Assembly (NCBI GenBank): GCA_030390025.1
Contig: CM059431.1
Location: 133,984,001-134,048,000 of the forward strand
Direction: 5' to 3'
Length of the DNA: 64,000 bases
Origin: Squalus acanthias
Lineage: Eukaryota
The position numbers and the translations under genes were made by a program. Under the pieces are notes generated by a model. It ran no database searches, was not told the DNA's origin, and saw only the letters and a list, made by a program, of their open reading frames with translations. The number at the start of each line of letters is the position of its first letter. Positions within the stretch are counted from its first letter, which is position 1. This document shows, in pieces, positions 35,804-49,379 of the stretch.

Positions 35804-37149
35804 AAAGAGTCTACAAAGGGATATAGATCGGTTAAGTGAGTGGGCAAAAATTTGGCAGATGGAATATAATGTGGGAAAATGTGAGGTTATCCACTTTGGT
35901 AGGAAAAATAAAAAAGCAAATTATTATTTAAATGGAGAGAGACTGCATAATGCTGCGGTACAGAGGGATCTGGGAGTCCTCGTACATGAAACACAAAAGT
36001 TAGCAAGGTACAGCAAGTAATTAGGAAGGCAAATGGAATGTTGGCCTTAATTGCAAGGGGGATGGAGTATAAAAGTAGGGAAGACTTGTTACAACTGTAC
36101 AGGGTGCTGGTGAGACCACACCTGGAGTACTGAGTGCAGTTTTGGTCTCCTAATTTAAGGAGGGATATACTTGCATTGGAGGCAGTTCAGAGAAGGTTCA
36201 CTAGGTTAATTCCTGAGATGAAGGGGTTGTCTTATGAAGAAAGGTTGAGCCGGTTGGGCCTATACTCATTGAAGTTTAGAAGAATGAGAGGTGATCATAT
36301 TGAAACATATAAGATTCTGAGGGGGCTTGACAGGGTAGATGCAGGGAGGATGTTTCCCCTCATGGGGGTATCTAGAACTAGGGGGCACAGTTTCAGGATA
36401 AGGGGTTGCCCATTTAAAACGGAGATGAGGAGGAATTTCTTCTCTCAGAGGGTCATGAATCTTTGGACTTCTCTACCCCAGAGAGCTGTGGAGGAAGAGT
36501 CATTGAATATACTCAAGGCGGAGATAAACATATATTTGAGCTACAGGGGAGTCAAGGGTTATGGGGAGCGGGCGCGAAAGTGGCGTTGAGGCCAAGATCA
36601 GATCAGCCATGATCTTATTGAATGGCGCGGCAGGCTCGAGGGGCCGAATGGCCTACTCCTGCTCCTATTTCTTATGTTTTTATGTTCTTAATTAAAAGGT
36701 TGTTAAATGCTTTGGGACTATATAAATGCAAGTTCTTTCTTTACACCAGTTTAAGGAGCTTTACTGTGAGGTGTGCACATATTTTTAGAATTACAAAAGC
36801 TATTCTATGATGGCCTCACTCCAAATTCCCTCAGGGTTCATACTGCAGCTATTTCTCCTCATTATCTTCTTTACCAGTTGGAGCAGTAGCTGTTCTATAC
36901 CAGCATAGTGTACTTCCTAGCTGTGGAGATTGAAATAATGAGTAAGAATGATAGATTACGTACTACCAATCTTGCTCATTCTTTGATTGAAGGTGAATCT
37001 CTATGTACAAAATGCCCGAACTGCCAATCTCATGATTCACTTCTGACCTGGTGCAGATTGCAATATGTCTCACTTTATTATCAAGTTCCCACTGTTATAT
37101 AACAGTAACATGTTTATACATTTAAGTGCTCTCACTTAACATAGGAAGA

Positions 37150-38823
37150 TAGAGCAGATGAAGGCGTGGCTGGAGAGATGGTGTAGGAGGGAGGGCATTA
37201 GATTCCTGAGGAGTTGGAACCGTTTCTGGGGGAGGTGGGACCTCGACAAGCCAGACGGGTTGCTCCTCAACGGGAACGGGACCAATATCCTCGCGGGAGT
37301 GTTTGCTAGTGCTGTTGAGGAGGGTTTAAACTAGCTTGGCAGGGGGATGGGAACCTAAGTATAGAGTCAATAGGGAGGGAAGAAAAACTGGATTGGAAAA
37401 CAAAAACATAGAAAGTAAATTGGAAGGACAGAGGAATCAAGGGCTAGATAGTAGTCAACAAGGAGGTTTGCCTGTACTAAATGGTATATACTTCAATGCA
37501 AGGAGTATACCGAACAAGGCAGATGAGCTGAGGGCACAGGTAGATACTTGGGACTATGATATTATAGGTATTACAGAGACGTGGCTGAAAGAGGGTCAGG
37601 TATGGCAGCTCAACATTCCTGGTTACAGGATTTTCAGACCGGATAGAGAGGGAGGTGAAAAGGGAGGGGGGGGTCGCGGTATTGATTAAAGAAACTATTA
37701 CAGCTGTGAGGAGGGATGATATGTTGGAGGGATCATCAAACGAGGCCATATGGGTCGAATTGAAAAACAAAAAAGGGGCGATGACACTGCTGGGAGTGTA
37801 CTATAGACCCGCAAACAGTGAGAGGGAGATAGAAGAACAAATATGTAGACAAATTTCTGAGAAGTGCAAAAACTATAGGGCAGTAATAGTAGGGGATTTC
37901 AACAACCCAATATTAACTGGGATAAAATTAGTGTGAAGGGTATAGAGGGTGCGGAATTCCTAAAATGCATCCAGGAGAACTTTTTTAGCCAGTATGGAGC
38001 AAGCCCAAGGGAGGGGCAGTTCTGGACTTAGTTTTAAGGAATGAAGCTGGGCAGGTAGAAGCCGTATCAGTGGGGGAGCATTTTGGTGCTAGTGACCAAA
38101 ATTCAGTTAGATTTAAGGTAGTTATGGAAAAGGACAAGGATAGACCAGGAATAAAAATTCTAAATTGGGGAAAAGCAAATTTTGCTAAGCTCAGAGGGGA
38201 TTTAGCCATAGTGGACTGGAAACAGCTACTTGAAGGTAAATCAGTGTCAGAACAGTGGGAGGCATTCAAGGAGGAGATCCGGAGGGTTCAGACCAAATAT
38301 GTGCCCTTAAAGAAAAAAGGTGGGACTAACAAATCTAGACCCCCCTGGATGTCTGGAGACATACAGGGTAGGATAAAGAAAAAAAGGGAGGCGTATGACA
38401 GATACCGAGGGCTAAATACTCCAGAATCTTTAGAGGAGTACAGAAAGTACAGGGGTGCAATTAAAAAGGACATTAGGAGAGCAAAGAGAGAGCATGAAAA
38501 ATTCTTGGCAAGTAAAATCAAGGAAAACCCAAAGATGTTTTATAAATATATTAAGAGTAAGAGGTTAACAAAAGAAAGGGTAGAGCCTATTAGAGATCAT
38601 GAGGGTAATCTGTGTGTGGAGGCGGGAGACGTCGGTAGAGTTCTTAATGAATACTTTGCGTCTGTTTTCACAAAGGCGAGGTGCGAAGCAGACATTGCTA
38701 TCGGGGGGGAGGAGTGTGAAATATTAGATGAAATAAACATAGTGAGAGAGGAAGTATTAAAGGGTTTAGAAGCTTTAAAAGTGGATAAATCCCCAGGCCC
38801 AGATGAAATGTATCCCAGGCTGC
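37150..38823 (+). mobile_element. CR1 LINE: ORF1 3' end plus ORF2 endonuclease/linker, 3'-truncated
   Basis: ORF1 end AWLERWCRREG...DGLLLN..GTNILA..FASAVEEGLN*. ORF2 has YFNARS, GITETWL, GVYYRP and KSPGPDEMYPRLL. Confidence 0.9.
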
Positions 38824-41425
38824 TCTTATATTCTATGCCTCGGCTAATGAAGGCAAGTATCCCATATGCCTTTTTAACCACCTTATCTACCTGTCCTGCT
38901 GCCTTCAGGGATCTATGTACATGCACACCATGGTCCCTCTGATCCTCTGTCCTTCCTAGGGTCCTACCATTCATTGTGTATTCCCTTGCCTTGTTAGTCC
39001 TCCCAAAATACATCACCTCACACTTTTCAGGGTTAAATTCCATTTGCCACTCTTCTGCCCATCTAACCAACCTGTCTATATCGTCCTGTAGCCTGAGGCT
39101 TCCCTCCTCGCTATTTACCACTCCACCAATTTTCGTGTCATCTGTGAACTTACGGATCATACCTCCTACATTCATATCTAAATCATTAATGTACACTACA
39201 AACAGCAAGGGACCCAGCACCGATCCCTGCGGTACACCACTGGACACAGGCGTCCAATCACAAAAACAACCTTCGACCATCACCTTCTGCCTCCTGCCAC
39301 TAAGCCAATTTTGGATCCAATGTGTCAAATTGCCCTGGATCCTATGGGCTCTTACCTTCTTGACCAGTGTCCCAGGCAGGACTTTGTCAAAAGCCTTACT
39401 GAAGTCCATGTAGACTACATCAACTGCACTACCCTCATCCACACACCTAGTCACCCCCTCGAAAAATTCAATCAAATTGGTTAGACATGATCTCCCCCTG
39501 ACAAAGCCATGCTGACTATCCTTGATTAATCCTTGCCTCTCCAAGTGGAGACTAATTCTGTCCCTCAGAATATTTTCCAATAATTTCCCTACCACTGATG
39601 TTAGGCTCACTGGCCTGTAATTCCCTGGTTTATCCCTACTACCCTTCTTGAATAATGGTACTACATTAGCTGTCCTCCAGTCCTCTGGCACCTCCCCTGT
39701 GGCCAGAGAGGTTCTGAAAATTTGTGTCAAAGCCCCTGCAATCTCCTCCCTTGCCTGACACAGCAGCCTGGGATACATCTCGTCTGGGCCTAGGGATTTA
39801 TCCACTTTTAAGCCCGCTAAAACCGCTAGTACCTCCTCCCTCTCAATACTAATTTGTTCAAGTATATCACAATCCCCCTGTCTGATTTCTATGCCTACAT
39901 CGTCCTTCTCCATAGTGAACACAGATGCAACATATTCATTTAAAACCTCACCCACATCTTCCGGCTCTACACAGATTGCCACTTTGGTCCCTAATGGGCC
40001 CTACTCTTTCCCTGGTTATCCTCTTGCCCTTAATATACTTATAAAATACCTTGGGATTTTCCTTCATTTTGCCCGCCAGTGTTTTTTCATGCCCCCTCTT
40101 CGCTCTCCTAATTTCTTTTTTAAGTACCCCCCTGCACTTTCTATACTCCTCCAGGGCTTCCACTGTTTTTAGTCCTTTTTATCTGCCAAAAGCCTCCCTT
40201 TTTTTCTTGATCCATTCTCGTATATCCCTTGACTTCCAGGGTTCCCTGGGCTTGTTGGTCCACCCTTGACCTTTACGGGAACATGTTGGCACTGTACTCT
40301 CTCTATTTCCTTTCTGAAAGACTCCCACTGCTCTGATGTGGATTTTCCTACAAGTAGCTGATCCCAGTCCACTTTGGCCAGATCCTGACTTATCATATTA
40401 AAATTGGCCTTACCCCAATTTAGAACCTTTATTTCCGGTCCATCTTTGTCCTTTTCCATGACTACCTTAAATCTCACCGAATTACGGTCACTGTCACCAA
40501 AATGCTCTCCTACTGACACTTCTACCACTTGCCCGGCTACATTCCCCAGAATTAGGTCCAGTCCCGCCCCCTCTCTTGTCAGACTTTCTACATGCTGGCT
40601 CAAAAAGCTCTCCTGGATGCACTTTAAGAATTCCGCACCCTATAAGCCTTTCACACTCTGACTATCCCAGTTAATATTGGGGAAGTTGAAATCCCCTACT
40701 ATTATTACCCTATTATTTCTACACTTCTCTGAGATTTGCCTACATATCTGTTCCTCTATCTCCCCCTGACTGTTTGGGGGCCTATAGTACACTCCCAGCA
40801 AAGTGCTTGCCCCCTTTTTGTTTTTAAGTTCTACCCATATGGCCTCATTAGAGGAACCTGCTAAGATATCATCCCTCCTTACAGCAATTATTGACTCCTT
40901 GATTAATATTGCGACACCCCCTCCTCTTTTACACCCACCTCTGTCTCGCCTTGAAGATTCTCTACCCCGGAATATTGAGCTGCCAGTCCTGCCTCTCCCT
41001 CAACCATGTCTTTGTGATGGCAACAATATCATACTCCCATGTGTTCATCAACACCTTCAATTCATCTGCCTTACTCGCAAGAGTCCTTGCATTAAAATAA
41101 ATGCCATCCAGCCTTGCCATACTCCCTTGTGCCGTTACATATTTGCTCTGCCTTCCAGGCTGACTTGCTTTTTTCCTCTATATTTGGCTGTGCATCACCC
41201 CCTACTATATCTCCACTCGTATCCCATCCCCCTGCCAAGTTAGTTTAAACCCCTCCCAACAGTACTAGCAAACCTCCCCACAAGGATGTTGGTCCCGTTC
41301 CGGTTCAGGTGCAACCCGTCCGACTTGTACAGGTCCCACCTTCCTCAGAAGCAGACCCAGTGATCCAGGAGGCTAAAGCCCTCCCTCCTGCACCAACTCT
41401 TTAGCCACACATTCATCTGCTCTAT
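38819..41425 (-). mobile_element. CR1 LINE (ORF1 end to mid RT), 3'-truncated
   Basis: ORF 38597-39982 (-) with RT motifs, endonuclease ORF 40169-40603, ORF1-end homology at 41240-41425. Confidence 0.92.
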
Positions 41426-41885
41426 CCGGGAGTAGAGAATCTTAGCTATGAGGAAAGACTGGATAGGTTGGGCCTGTTATCCTTGGAACAGAGGAGGCAA
41501 AGGGGAGACCTTATTGAGGTGTATAAAATTATGAGGGGCCTAGATAAAGTGGATAGAAAGGACCTATTTCCCTTAGCAGAGGGGTCAGAAACCAAGGGGC
41601 ACAGATTTAAAGTAATTGGTGGAAGGTTTAGAGGAGATTTGAGGGGAAATTTCTTCAACCAGAGGGTTGTGGGGGTCTGGAACTCACTGCCTGAAAGGGT
41701 GGTAGAGGCAGGAACCCTAACCACATTTAAAAAGTACTTGGATGTGCACTTGGGGTGCTCTAACCTGCAGGTCTACGGACCAAGAGCTGGGAAGTGGGAT
41801 TAGGCTGGATAGCTCTTTGTTGGCCGGCACGGACACAATGGGCTGAAATGGCCTCCTTCCGTGCTGTAACTTTCTATGATTCTAT
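41426..41885 (+). mobile_element. CR1 3' end (same subfamily as 25414-25872)
   Basis: ORF 41468-41803, TTCTATGA tail, and closely matching sequence to 25414 onward. Confidence 0.9.
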
Positions 41886-43912
41886 TGAAATCATGGACAT
41901 TCTGGATATGATTTTCTCAAAGGATCAGTGATTTTCCACCATGAGATGGAAGAAATTTCTAACTGTATGCAGGGACTGAACTTTAATCAAAAGAGGAGAG
42001 CGACTGTAGAGACTCTAGCTACAGTAATTATTGTACTTTTCTCTTTCTTTCTTCAAATCCACTTCAGAAGTTGCCCTATTGCTGCATTTTTAATGTGGGA
42101 GTATATTATTATGTGCATGGATTCTAGAGACTAGAACAGAGACTTCACTTAGGAATAGCAGTAATTGCAAAAGGGAATATCCTTTGACCTGTGAACGTAA
42201 CAGCTTTTGTGAAATATGCAACCTGAAGCAAAGCCAGATTAAAAAGTCTGCAATTTGATGAAGTTGAACAACAGTGTATACGCAGCTCGAAAGAATACTG
42301 CAGAATCAGTAGCTAGATCAGAGAGGTAATGTATAGTCTTTTGTCATGTCTCTGTTAAATGTTAGAAATTTGCTTGTTGCTGGAGCAAGAATTGCCTTCT
42401 CAGAAAGCGATCTGCATATCAAACCCTTCTTGTGTTTTGTTAAAATTCAGTTTATCTCCATAGGACTTAGTAATTTAATTTTTGTTCTTTCTGAAAAACC
42501 TTGATAAATTTCAGTCTGCAAAACAGTAACAGTAGAGGACACTGGAGGCAGCTCAGCATGGGTTGGGTAAGTGCACTATCTGTAAAGTTATCAGGCAGTC
42601 AATAAAAACTACAAAGAAATGGCTCCAATTTGAGAGTCTAAATTTTTAGATGTAAAATAACAAAATTTGCCAGAGTTGAAGGGAACTAAGAATTCAGGTC
42701 TCTTTCTTTTGCTCTAGCTGCATCTGTAAGGATAATCTATAATTGCACTTCACACATAATACCATTTTTGGTACAAAAAGAACAAATCATTACTATATCA
42801 TATAAATAGTATCTTACATGGAGGCTCCACTATCTTCTTTGGTGATTTGATAGGACATGCTTTCAGCTGGAATAGAAAAGCACATCTCTATTTAAAAATT
42901 GGACTTAAGAGCTGAATTTACCAATACACACTCCTGGAAGATGAAGGTGTCTGCAGGGAGTGCACATTCGTAACATCGACCCTATAATTCTAACAACCAA
43001 ACCAAATGTTTGAGTTTCAGCCTATACCAGCCCAATACTCTTCAAACATTATAGTGCTAATTTTCTGAATATGTACTACCCCCATATAATAGGTAGAAAA
43101 TTATGGGAAGTGCAGCAAGCCAGTGATTTCCCAATATGCATGGCTGCCATGCGAGGCTCAACACTCGTAGTGCGCATTCAGAAAATCAGCCCTAATAACT
43201 TTATACAAACCAAGATGATCCATTGTTTCATTTGAGTTTCTAAAATACAGAAAAATAATAGATCCTGCATTTTAATATATAATTAGATTGTCTGCTGCAG
43301 ATATGCATGAGATTTTACTCAGAGAAATAGAAAGATATATCTATGTTGTTATAAAAGTACAATTTTAATCCCAAAGACTGGCTTGATCATTAGTCATAGT
43401 ATCAATCATTTATGTTCATTAAAGTAAGAGATGTCTGTTCTAAGAACTAAACACACTTTCCACTGTGGGTACCCAGTAAAAACATCAGTTGCTCCTAGGT
43501 CAGGCAATAACAGGAATAAATGCCAAGCTCAGCTCTCGTGACTTCTGCAACAGTGTGCCTTACCTCAAGAAAATCCACTTTTGGACCAGTCTGATTTTTT
43601 TTTTCTTTTCCCCAGATCAACAATCTTATAGCTTTTCTCAGTGAGATTACCAGTTGAAAGTGATCTACATTTTTGTGCTATGGACTCATACCTATAGGAA
43701 CTAGATTCAAACTGCACAAACACTATTACAGCTATTAAACTAAGAAGCCTTTTGTTGTTTGAGCTGGATTTGAACCCAGAGGTGAATGGACAACATCAAC
43801 TCAACCTTCTTCACGTTTACATTGTGGTCATCCTGTCATTAAATTTATTTAATGCCTGGGGTTGTGGTTGATGTAGATGCCTTGTCCGATTTTTCACTTC
43901 AGGACTAAGATA

Positions 43913-44245
43913 GGGGCCGCGATTTTGCCAACCATGGCGGGTCCGGTGCGGCCGGAGTAGGTGACGGCTTCAAACCCCGCTCCCGTCTTCATCCCGCCTC
44001 CTCCAAGTGATTTTGCCCTGATTGGGCTTGTTAAGCCCGCCCTACGAGGTTCCCAGCCAATTAAAAGAAGCGGGTCTGATGACATCATCTGATGACGCAT
44101 CAGCAGCCGGTTTCCTTAAAGGGACCATGTCCACATTCATTTTGACAGTTGTGCTGCCTGTGTTCTGCAGCATTGAGGTGCTGCAAACACTGACAAGCAC
44201 TGCACAAAGGTGCACGGCTGCACCCAGGCTCTCCCATGACTCCCA
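43913..44245 (+). mobile_element. Harbinger-type left end with start of a Myb exon, truncated by a CR1 tail fragment (44245-44320)
   Basis: GGGGCCGCGATTTTGCCA resembles the 26151 terminus. AAPRLS resembles the AAPRF start of the Myb exons. Confidence 0.55.
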
Positions 44246-45672
44246 TGATATTATTGAATGGCTGGGCAGGCTCGAGGGGCCGAATGGCCTACTCCTGCTG
44301 CTATTTTTTATGTTCTTATGTAAAGGGGAGATTGGATAAGAAGTTATTATAAATTATTAGATAGCTTATCCAAAGCCATCACTAAGTTGATTAAAGAAAT
44401 GCATCATACATTTTCATGTCCTCTACTAGGAACAAGAATATTTGGATTACCTTTGGGACAAACTATAAAAAGTTTAATGAATTAGGCAGTAATGGAGTCA
44501 CACGCTAGGTCTGAGAATACAGATAAAATGTTCAACATACACAAACTTGGTGCTGCTTGCTAATTTAAATGATAGCGGCGTGCAGCCCAGCGCTAAATGC
44601 GCTGCTGAGTGGTTGCACGCTCAGCAGAGGGCCCAGGTTCGAGCAAGGCTAACCAGCTAGCCTGCACTTCTTAAAGGGGAGGTGCAGTTTGACGAGACCA
44701 GGTGCTGGAAGTCATTCCAGAAGGCAGTTTCAACTGGGAAAGATTCAGCAATGGCAAAACAGGCCAGAGAGAGGGCTCCAAGGTTCTCAGATGCCACACC
44801 GGACGGCCTTAGTACAAGAGGTGAAGGGGAAGAGAAAGGCACTGTTCCCACAGGGGGCCATGAGGCCCTCCAGACAGAGACTGCAAAGGCAGTGGGAGCA
44901 CTGAGACACTTCCCTATCTCTTGCAGGACAAGGCAGCGGCAGCTAACCGGAGGGGGGCAGGTACGCCTCCATATCTTGACCACGCTTGAGGAGATGGTGC
45001 TTGGCATAATTGGAGTGGCTGTGACTAAGGAGCTGAAACCATTGAACATAATGGTATACTCATACCTAATCCTCCTTCTCACATCTCACTTCCCCCTCAT
45101 CCCACAATCTCTTGTAACTTACAAGCTGCAGATGGTGTAAGCATGCACCTCTTGCTTTCCCACTCCCCTCCCCTCACCACAACCCTACCCTTGTGCCTTT
45201 CTCATTTCAGAGATCCAAGAAATCCAACCTGGCCAAGTAGTAGTGGAAGAGGAAAAGGAAGAGGAGAGTGATGATGAAGAAGAAACATCGTCACTCGATC
45301 TGACACTCGCAGCCAACAGCTCAGATACTGGCACTGCATGGTCTTTAGAGGATAGCTTAGAGGCAGGATCTGCACATGGTGAGTCACCGGGCACGAGTGG
45401 GGTACAGCCAGGGCAGGGGGAAAGGGTAGCACAGGTGCCAGCTATCAGGAGGGCGAGGTCGTACACGTGTTCTGCTGCACAGGACTCAGATGAGGAATTC
45501 GATGGGGCGGCCTTCGGAACAAAGCTGATGGGAATGCTCAACGAAATGCTTGGTGCATTGGCAGGTCTGCCAGAAAATCTGAATGCAATGTCAAGGAGCA
45601 TGGAGGAGCTCAGCTCCAACCTTGCACAGGGCTTTGCACAGGGCTTTCCGCAGAGCTTGGAGCCCATCCTCT

Positions 45673-46849
45673 GGTGAAGTAAGCATGACTGCCCGTGACA
45701 TCAAGGCAGCATTTGACTGAATGTGGCATCAAGGAGCCCTAGTAAAATTGAAGTCAATGGGAATCGGGGGGAAACTCTCCACTGGCTGGAGTCATACCTA
45801 GCACAAAGGAAGACGGTTGCGGTTGCTAAAGGCCAATCATCTCAACCCCAGGACATCGCTGCAGGAGTTCCTCAGGGCAGTGTCCTAGGCCCAACCATCT
45901 GCTTCATCAATGATCTTCCCTCCATCATAAGGTCAGAAGTGGGGATGTTCGCTGATGATTGCGAAGTGTTCAGTTCCATTCGCAACTCCTCAGATAATGA
46001 AGCAGTCTGTGCCCGCATGGAACAAGACCTGGACAACATTCAGGCATGCGCTGATAAGTGGCAACTAACATTCGAGCCACAGAAGTGCCAAGCAATGACC
46101 ATTTCCAACAAGAGAGAATATAGCTACCTCCCCTTGACATTCAACGGCATTACCATCATGGTATCCCCCACCACCAACATCCTGGGGTGTCACCATTGAC
46201 CAGAAACTTAACTGGACCAGCCATATAAATACTGTGGCTACAAGAGCAGGTCAGAGGCTGTGTATTCTGCAGCAAGTGACTCAACTCAACCCAAAGCCTT
46301 TCCACCATCAACAAGGCACAAGTCGAGAGTGTGATGGAATACTCTCCACTTGCCTGGATGAGTGCAGCTACAACAGCACTCAAGAATCTCGACACCATCC
46401 AGGGCAAAACAGCCCGCTTGATTGGCACCTCAGCCACCACCCTAAACATTCACTCCCTGCACCACCGGCGCACCGTGGCTGCAGTGTGTACTATCTACAA
46501 GATGCACTGCAGCAACTCACCAATGCTTCTTCGACAGCACCTCCCAAGCTCGTGAACTCTACCACCTAGAAGGACAAGGGCAGCAGGTGTATGGGAACAC
46601 CACCACCACCTGCAAGTTCCCTCCATGTCACACACCATCCTGACTTGGAAATATATCGCCACTCCTTCATCGCCGCTGGCTCAAAATCCAGGAACTCCCT
46701 CCCTAACAGCACTGTGGGAGTACCTTCACATGACGGACTGCAGTGGTTCAAGAAGGCAGCTCACCACCACCTTCTCAAGGGCAATTAGGGATGGGCAATA
46801 AATGTTGGCTTTGCCAGCAACGCCCCATCCCATTAATAAATAAAAAAAA
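45673..46849 (+). mobile_element. Zenon-like LINE, 5'-truncated, A-rich tail
   Basis: GVPQGSVLGP, MFADDC, MEYSPLAWMSA. Flanks ATCCTCT / ATCCTTT. Confidence 0.85.
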
Positions 46850-47571
46850 ATCCTTTCTAGCATGCAAGGGGTGGGCAAATCCATTGGTGCACTTGTGGAC
46901 CCAACCATCATGCAGCGTCTGATGGCCAATGCCTCAGCTTCCATTGCAACACAAGCAGAAGTCACCCAACGTCTGAGTGCTGCAGTGGAAGCTCAGACTG
47001 AAGTCATGCAAGCTCAGCTTGCTGCCTCACAAGCACAGGCTGTTGCCAGCATGGCTGCGGTTAGCAGTGTTGAAAGGGGCTTACAGGGTGTCACAGCAGT
47101 CCAGCAAGCTGTCCTCCAACAGATTACTAGGATTGCTGAGGTGCCACTCCGGTGGAGTGGCAGCAGCTCTGTGGAGGACGAACCTGCTGTCCTCTCTCAG
47201 GAAGACAGCATTCGTCCTCCCACCACTGCTACTCCACCAGTGCCCTTGCTGTTGACTGTCAGCCAGCTAGCCAAGACTGCTGCCGCCCATGCTAAGGTGG
47301 TGCAGTCGGAAGCCAGGCCGACTAGGCCCAGGACTGCTCGAGGTTGTCCTGCAAGGCCTTCTGCAGTCTCCCCCACTGAAAGTTAACAGCCTTCTACCAG
47401 CCGTGCTGCAACCACTGGGGTAGCGCTGCATAGGAGCACAAGGAAAGGCAAAGGCACACGGAAGACAGGCACTAAGGGAATGCACAAGGGTGATTAGTTA
47501 ACTTTTGAATGAAATATTGCAATGGTTTGATTCATAAAATTGGTTTGGAATGTTTGTTTTGTGGTGGCTTT

Positions 47572-49379
47572 TCTACGAAAGGCTGATATTTAAAGATATT
47601 TAGTGGACGAGAATCATATATGTATAAATTCAAGTGTAGCCATTGACCAAATAGTATTACCCATAATTACTCCTGGGTAACTAAAATACTGAGGGGGAAA
47701 AATTCAGTTGGTTGCGCCTCCCGTTAGCGCCTTAAGAGGGCGCTAATGGGGCGCAAAGCAACTAGCGCCCGGGTGCGGCGATGTTTGTGCCGCTTGCGAA
47801 ATTAACTAGACATTTTGCGGTGGCGTTAAACACTACCGCCACGATCTCCTGCACCGGCAGATCGTGACGTCAGTCGAGTGTGCAACGCCCCGGTAGCGCC
47901 CCAGAGCGGATATTGAGTGGCGCCCCCTGCCGCTAGCAACGACAGGTTGAGTGGAGCGTTTTGCAGTCAGGAAGGGACTGGGGGAGCGCTATTTAAAGGC
48001 GACCGCTTCCTGCCTTTTTTTGTTGGTGACATTTTTGAACCACGCATTCTGAGAGAGAGAGAGAGAGACTTCTGGAGAGATTCAACGCTGTGTGAAGGAG
48101 TTTTGGGTACTGAGCAGCACTTTGCAGGTTCATTTTGATTTGCCCTTCCTTGTATCGATTTAGAAGAGACTGTGGGGGCTGCACTCTGAGCTCTTTCCCT
48201 GGTACGCTCCATTGTTCTTTCCAGCAGATTTGATGTACAGGTCTCTCCAGGCCGAGATTCAAGGCTGCAATGAGCAGGATGTGGAGGGAAAGCAAGATCA
48301 ACCCTCCTCTTTAAGAACTGGCCGGCGCCATTGTGTCTGTGTTCCATTGCTGACTGACATCACATGAGCTTAGCCAGTGCTCTGAGTTAGCGCCTCGCTC
48401 CACGGCCTTTGCGCCTTAAGACAGATGTGTAGCGCCTGATTTAGCACTCCAATCACCTCCAGGGGCAATAAAAGTCAAGTTTGCAGTTGGAGGCGATAAT
48501 TAGCCCCAGGCGCTAATCTTTGCGCCCGGCCGATAATTGCGTCCCAAACGGGGCGATACTAAATTTCTCCCCCAAGGACTTTTTCAGAATGCAGCTGCGA
48601 GGTCAGTCAAAAGCAGTTTTGACTAAGTTTTGATAACAAACAGCCACAGGCTGCAAGTGAAGGTCAAATTGTTAAATAACATATTATCGTGCTAAGCAGA
48701 AATTAGAGTTCGCTTAACAAAACTAATTGCAACAATATTAAAAGGATAATTAGTATAAGGACATAAAATGAGAAAAATCATGGAAGTTAAGGTATTTATC
48801 TGGTAGATTGAAGTGAGATAGCCTGGATACCGTCAAGCCAAGCCTAGGGAGACAACGATGATATGGGCCCCTTGGTGTGAGGCCTTGTACCGCTTGTACC
48901 AGGGGAGGCAGGAATAAAAGAGATAAGATGAATTCCAATGGGGTGAAAAGCTATAAACAAGATAACAAGACAGCAGGGGAGAGTTAGGGGAAAAGTACCG
49001 AAAAAGGAGTGGCCAGGTTACTAGCCTTAACCTGAGTGACAATGGTATTTTGATCATTAGAACCAATTAAAGAAGGTGATTTTGTTAAAGACCATATATG
49101 GACACTGGCCAAATGAACTGTTGATAAGAAAAGTGTTAAAACCTCGATACTGAAAGAACAGAGATTTGCTGCGAGGAAAAGGAACAGACTAACGACGACG
49201 TCGCCTGTGTCCGAAGGGCACCAGAGACCAAGGGCTGCGAGCTATTCATTTCGACTATCGCCTAATGTTAAGTATTGATTACGCTGTAAACTTAATAAAT
49301 CTGATCTATTGCTCAAATATACTGGCTGCTGCCTATGTGTCTTGTCGTGAACTCTGAGAGGTCACTTGATTGACTTACA
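47572..49379 (+). mobile_element. Putative solo LTR (~930 bp) with 4-bp TSD, containing a MITE
   Basis: CTTT|TCTA...TTACA|CTTT, an AATAAA about 80 bp from the right end, and Harbinger sequence that rejoins across it. Confidence 0.65.
47693..48573. mobile_element. Harbinger-type MITE, copy 2
   Basis: End-to-end similarity to 11101-11995. TIRs GGGGGAAAAATT / AATTTCTCCCCC. Confidence 0.88.

Larger units (their letters stand above)
32490..36688 (+). mobile_element. CR1 LINE with nearly full disrupted ORF2, interrupted at 34654-35803
   Basis: LNARSIRNK, AITETWL, MGDFN (ORF 33064), RT ORF 33912, C-terminal ORF 36134, TTCTTATG tail. Confidence 0.93.

Noticed and set aside
43560..43800. Strong acceptor at 43615 and a B-box-like GGTTCAAATCC on the minus strand near 43770
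   Set aside because: There is no convincing donor or open frame, and too little remains to call a SINE.
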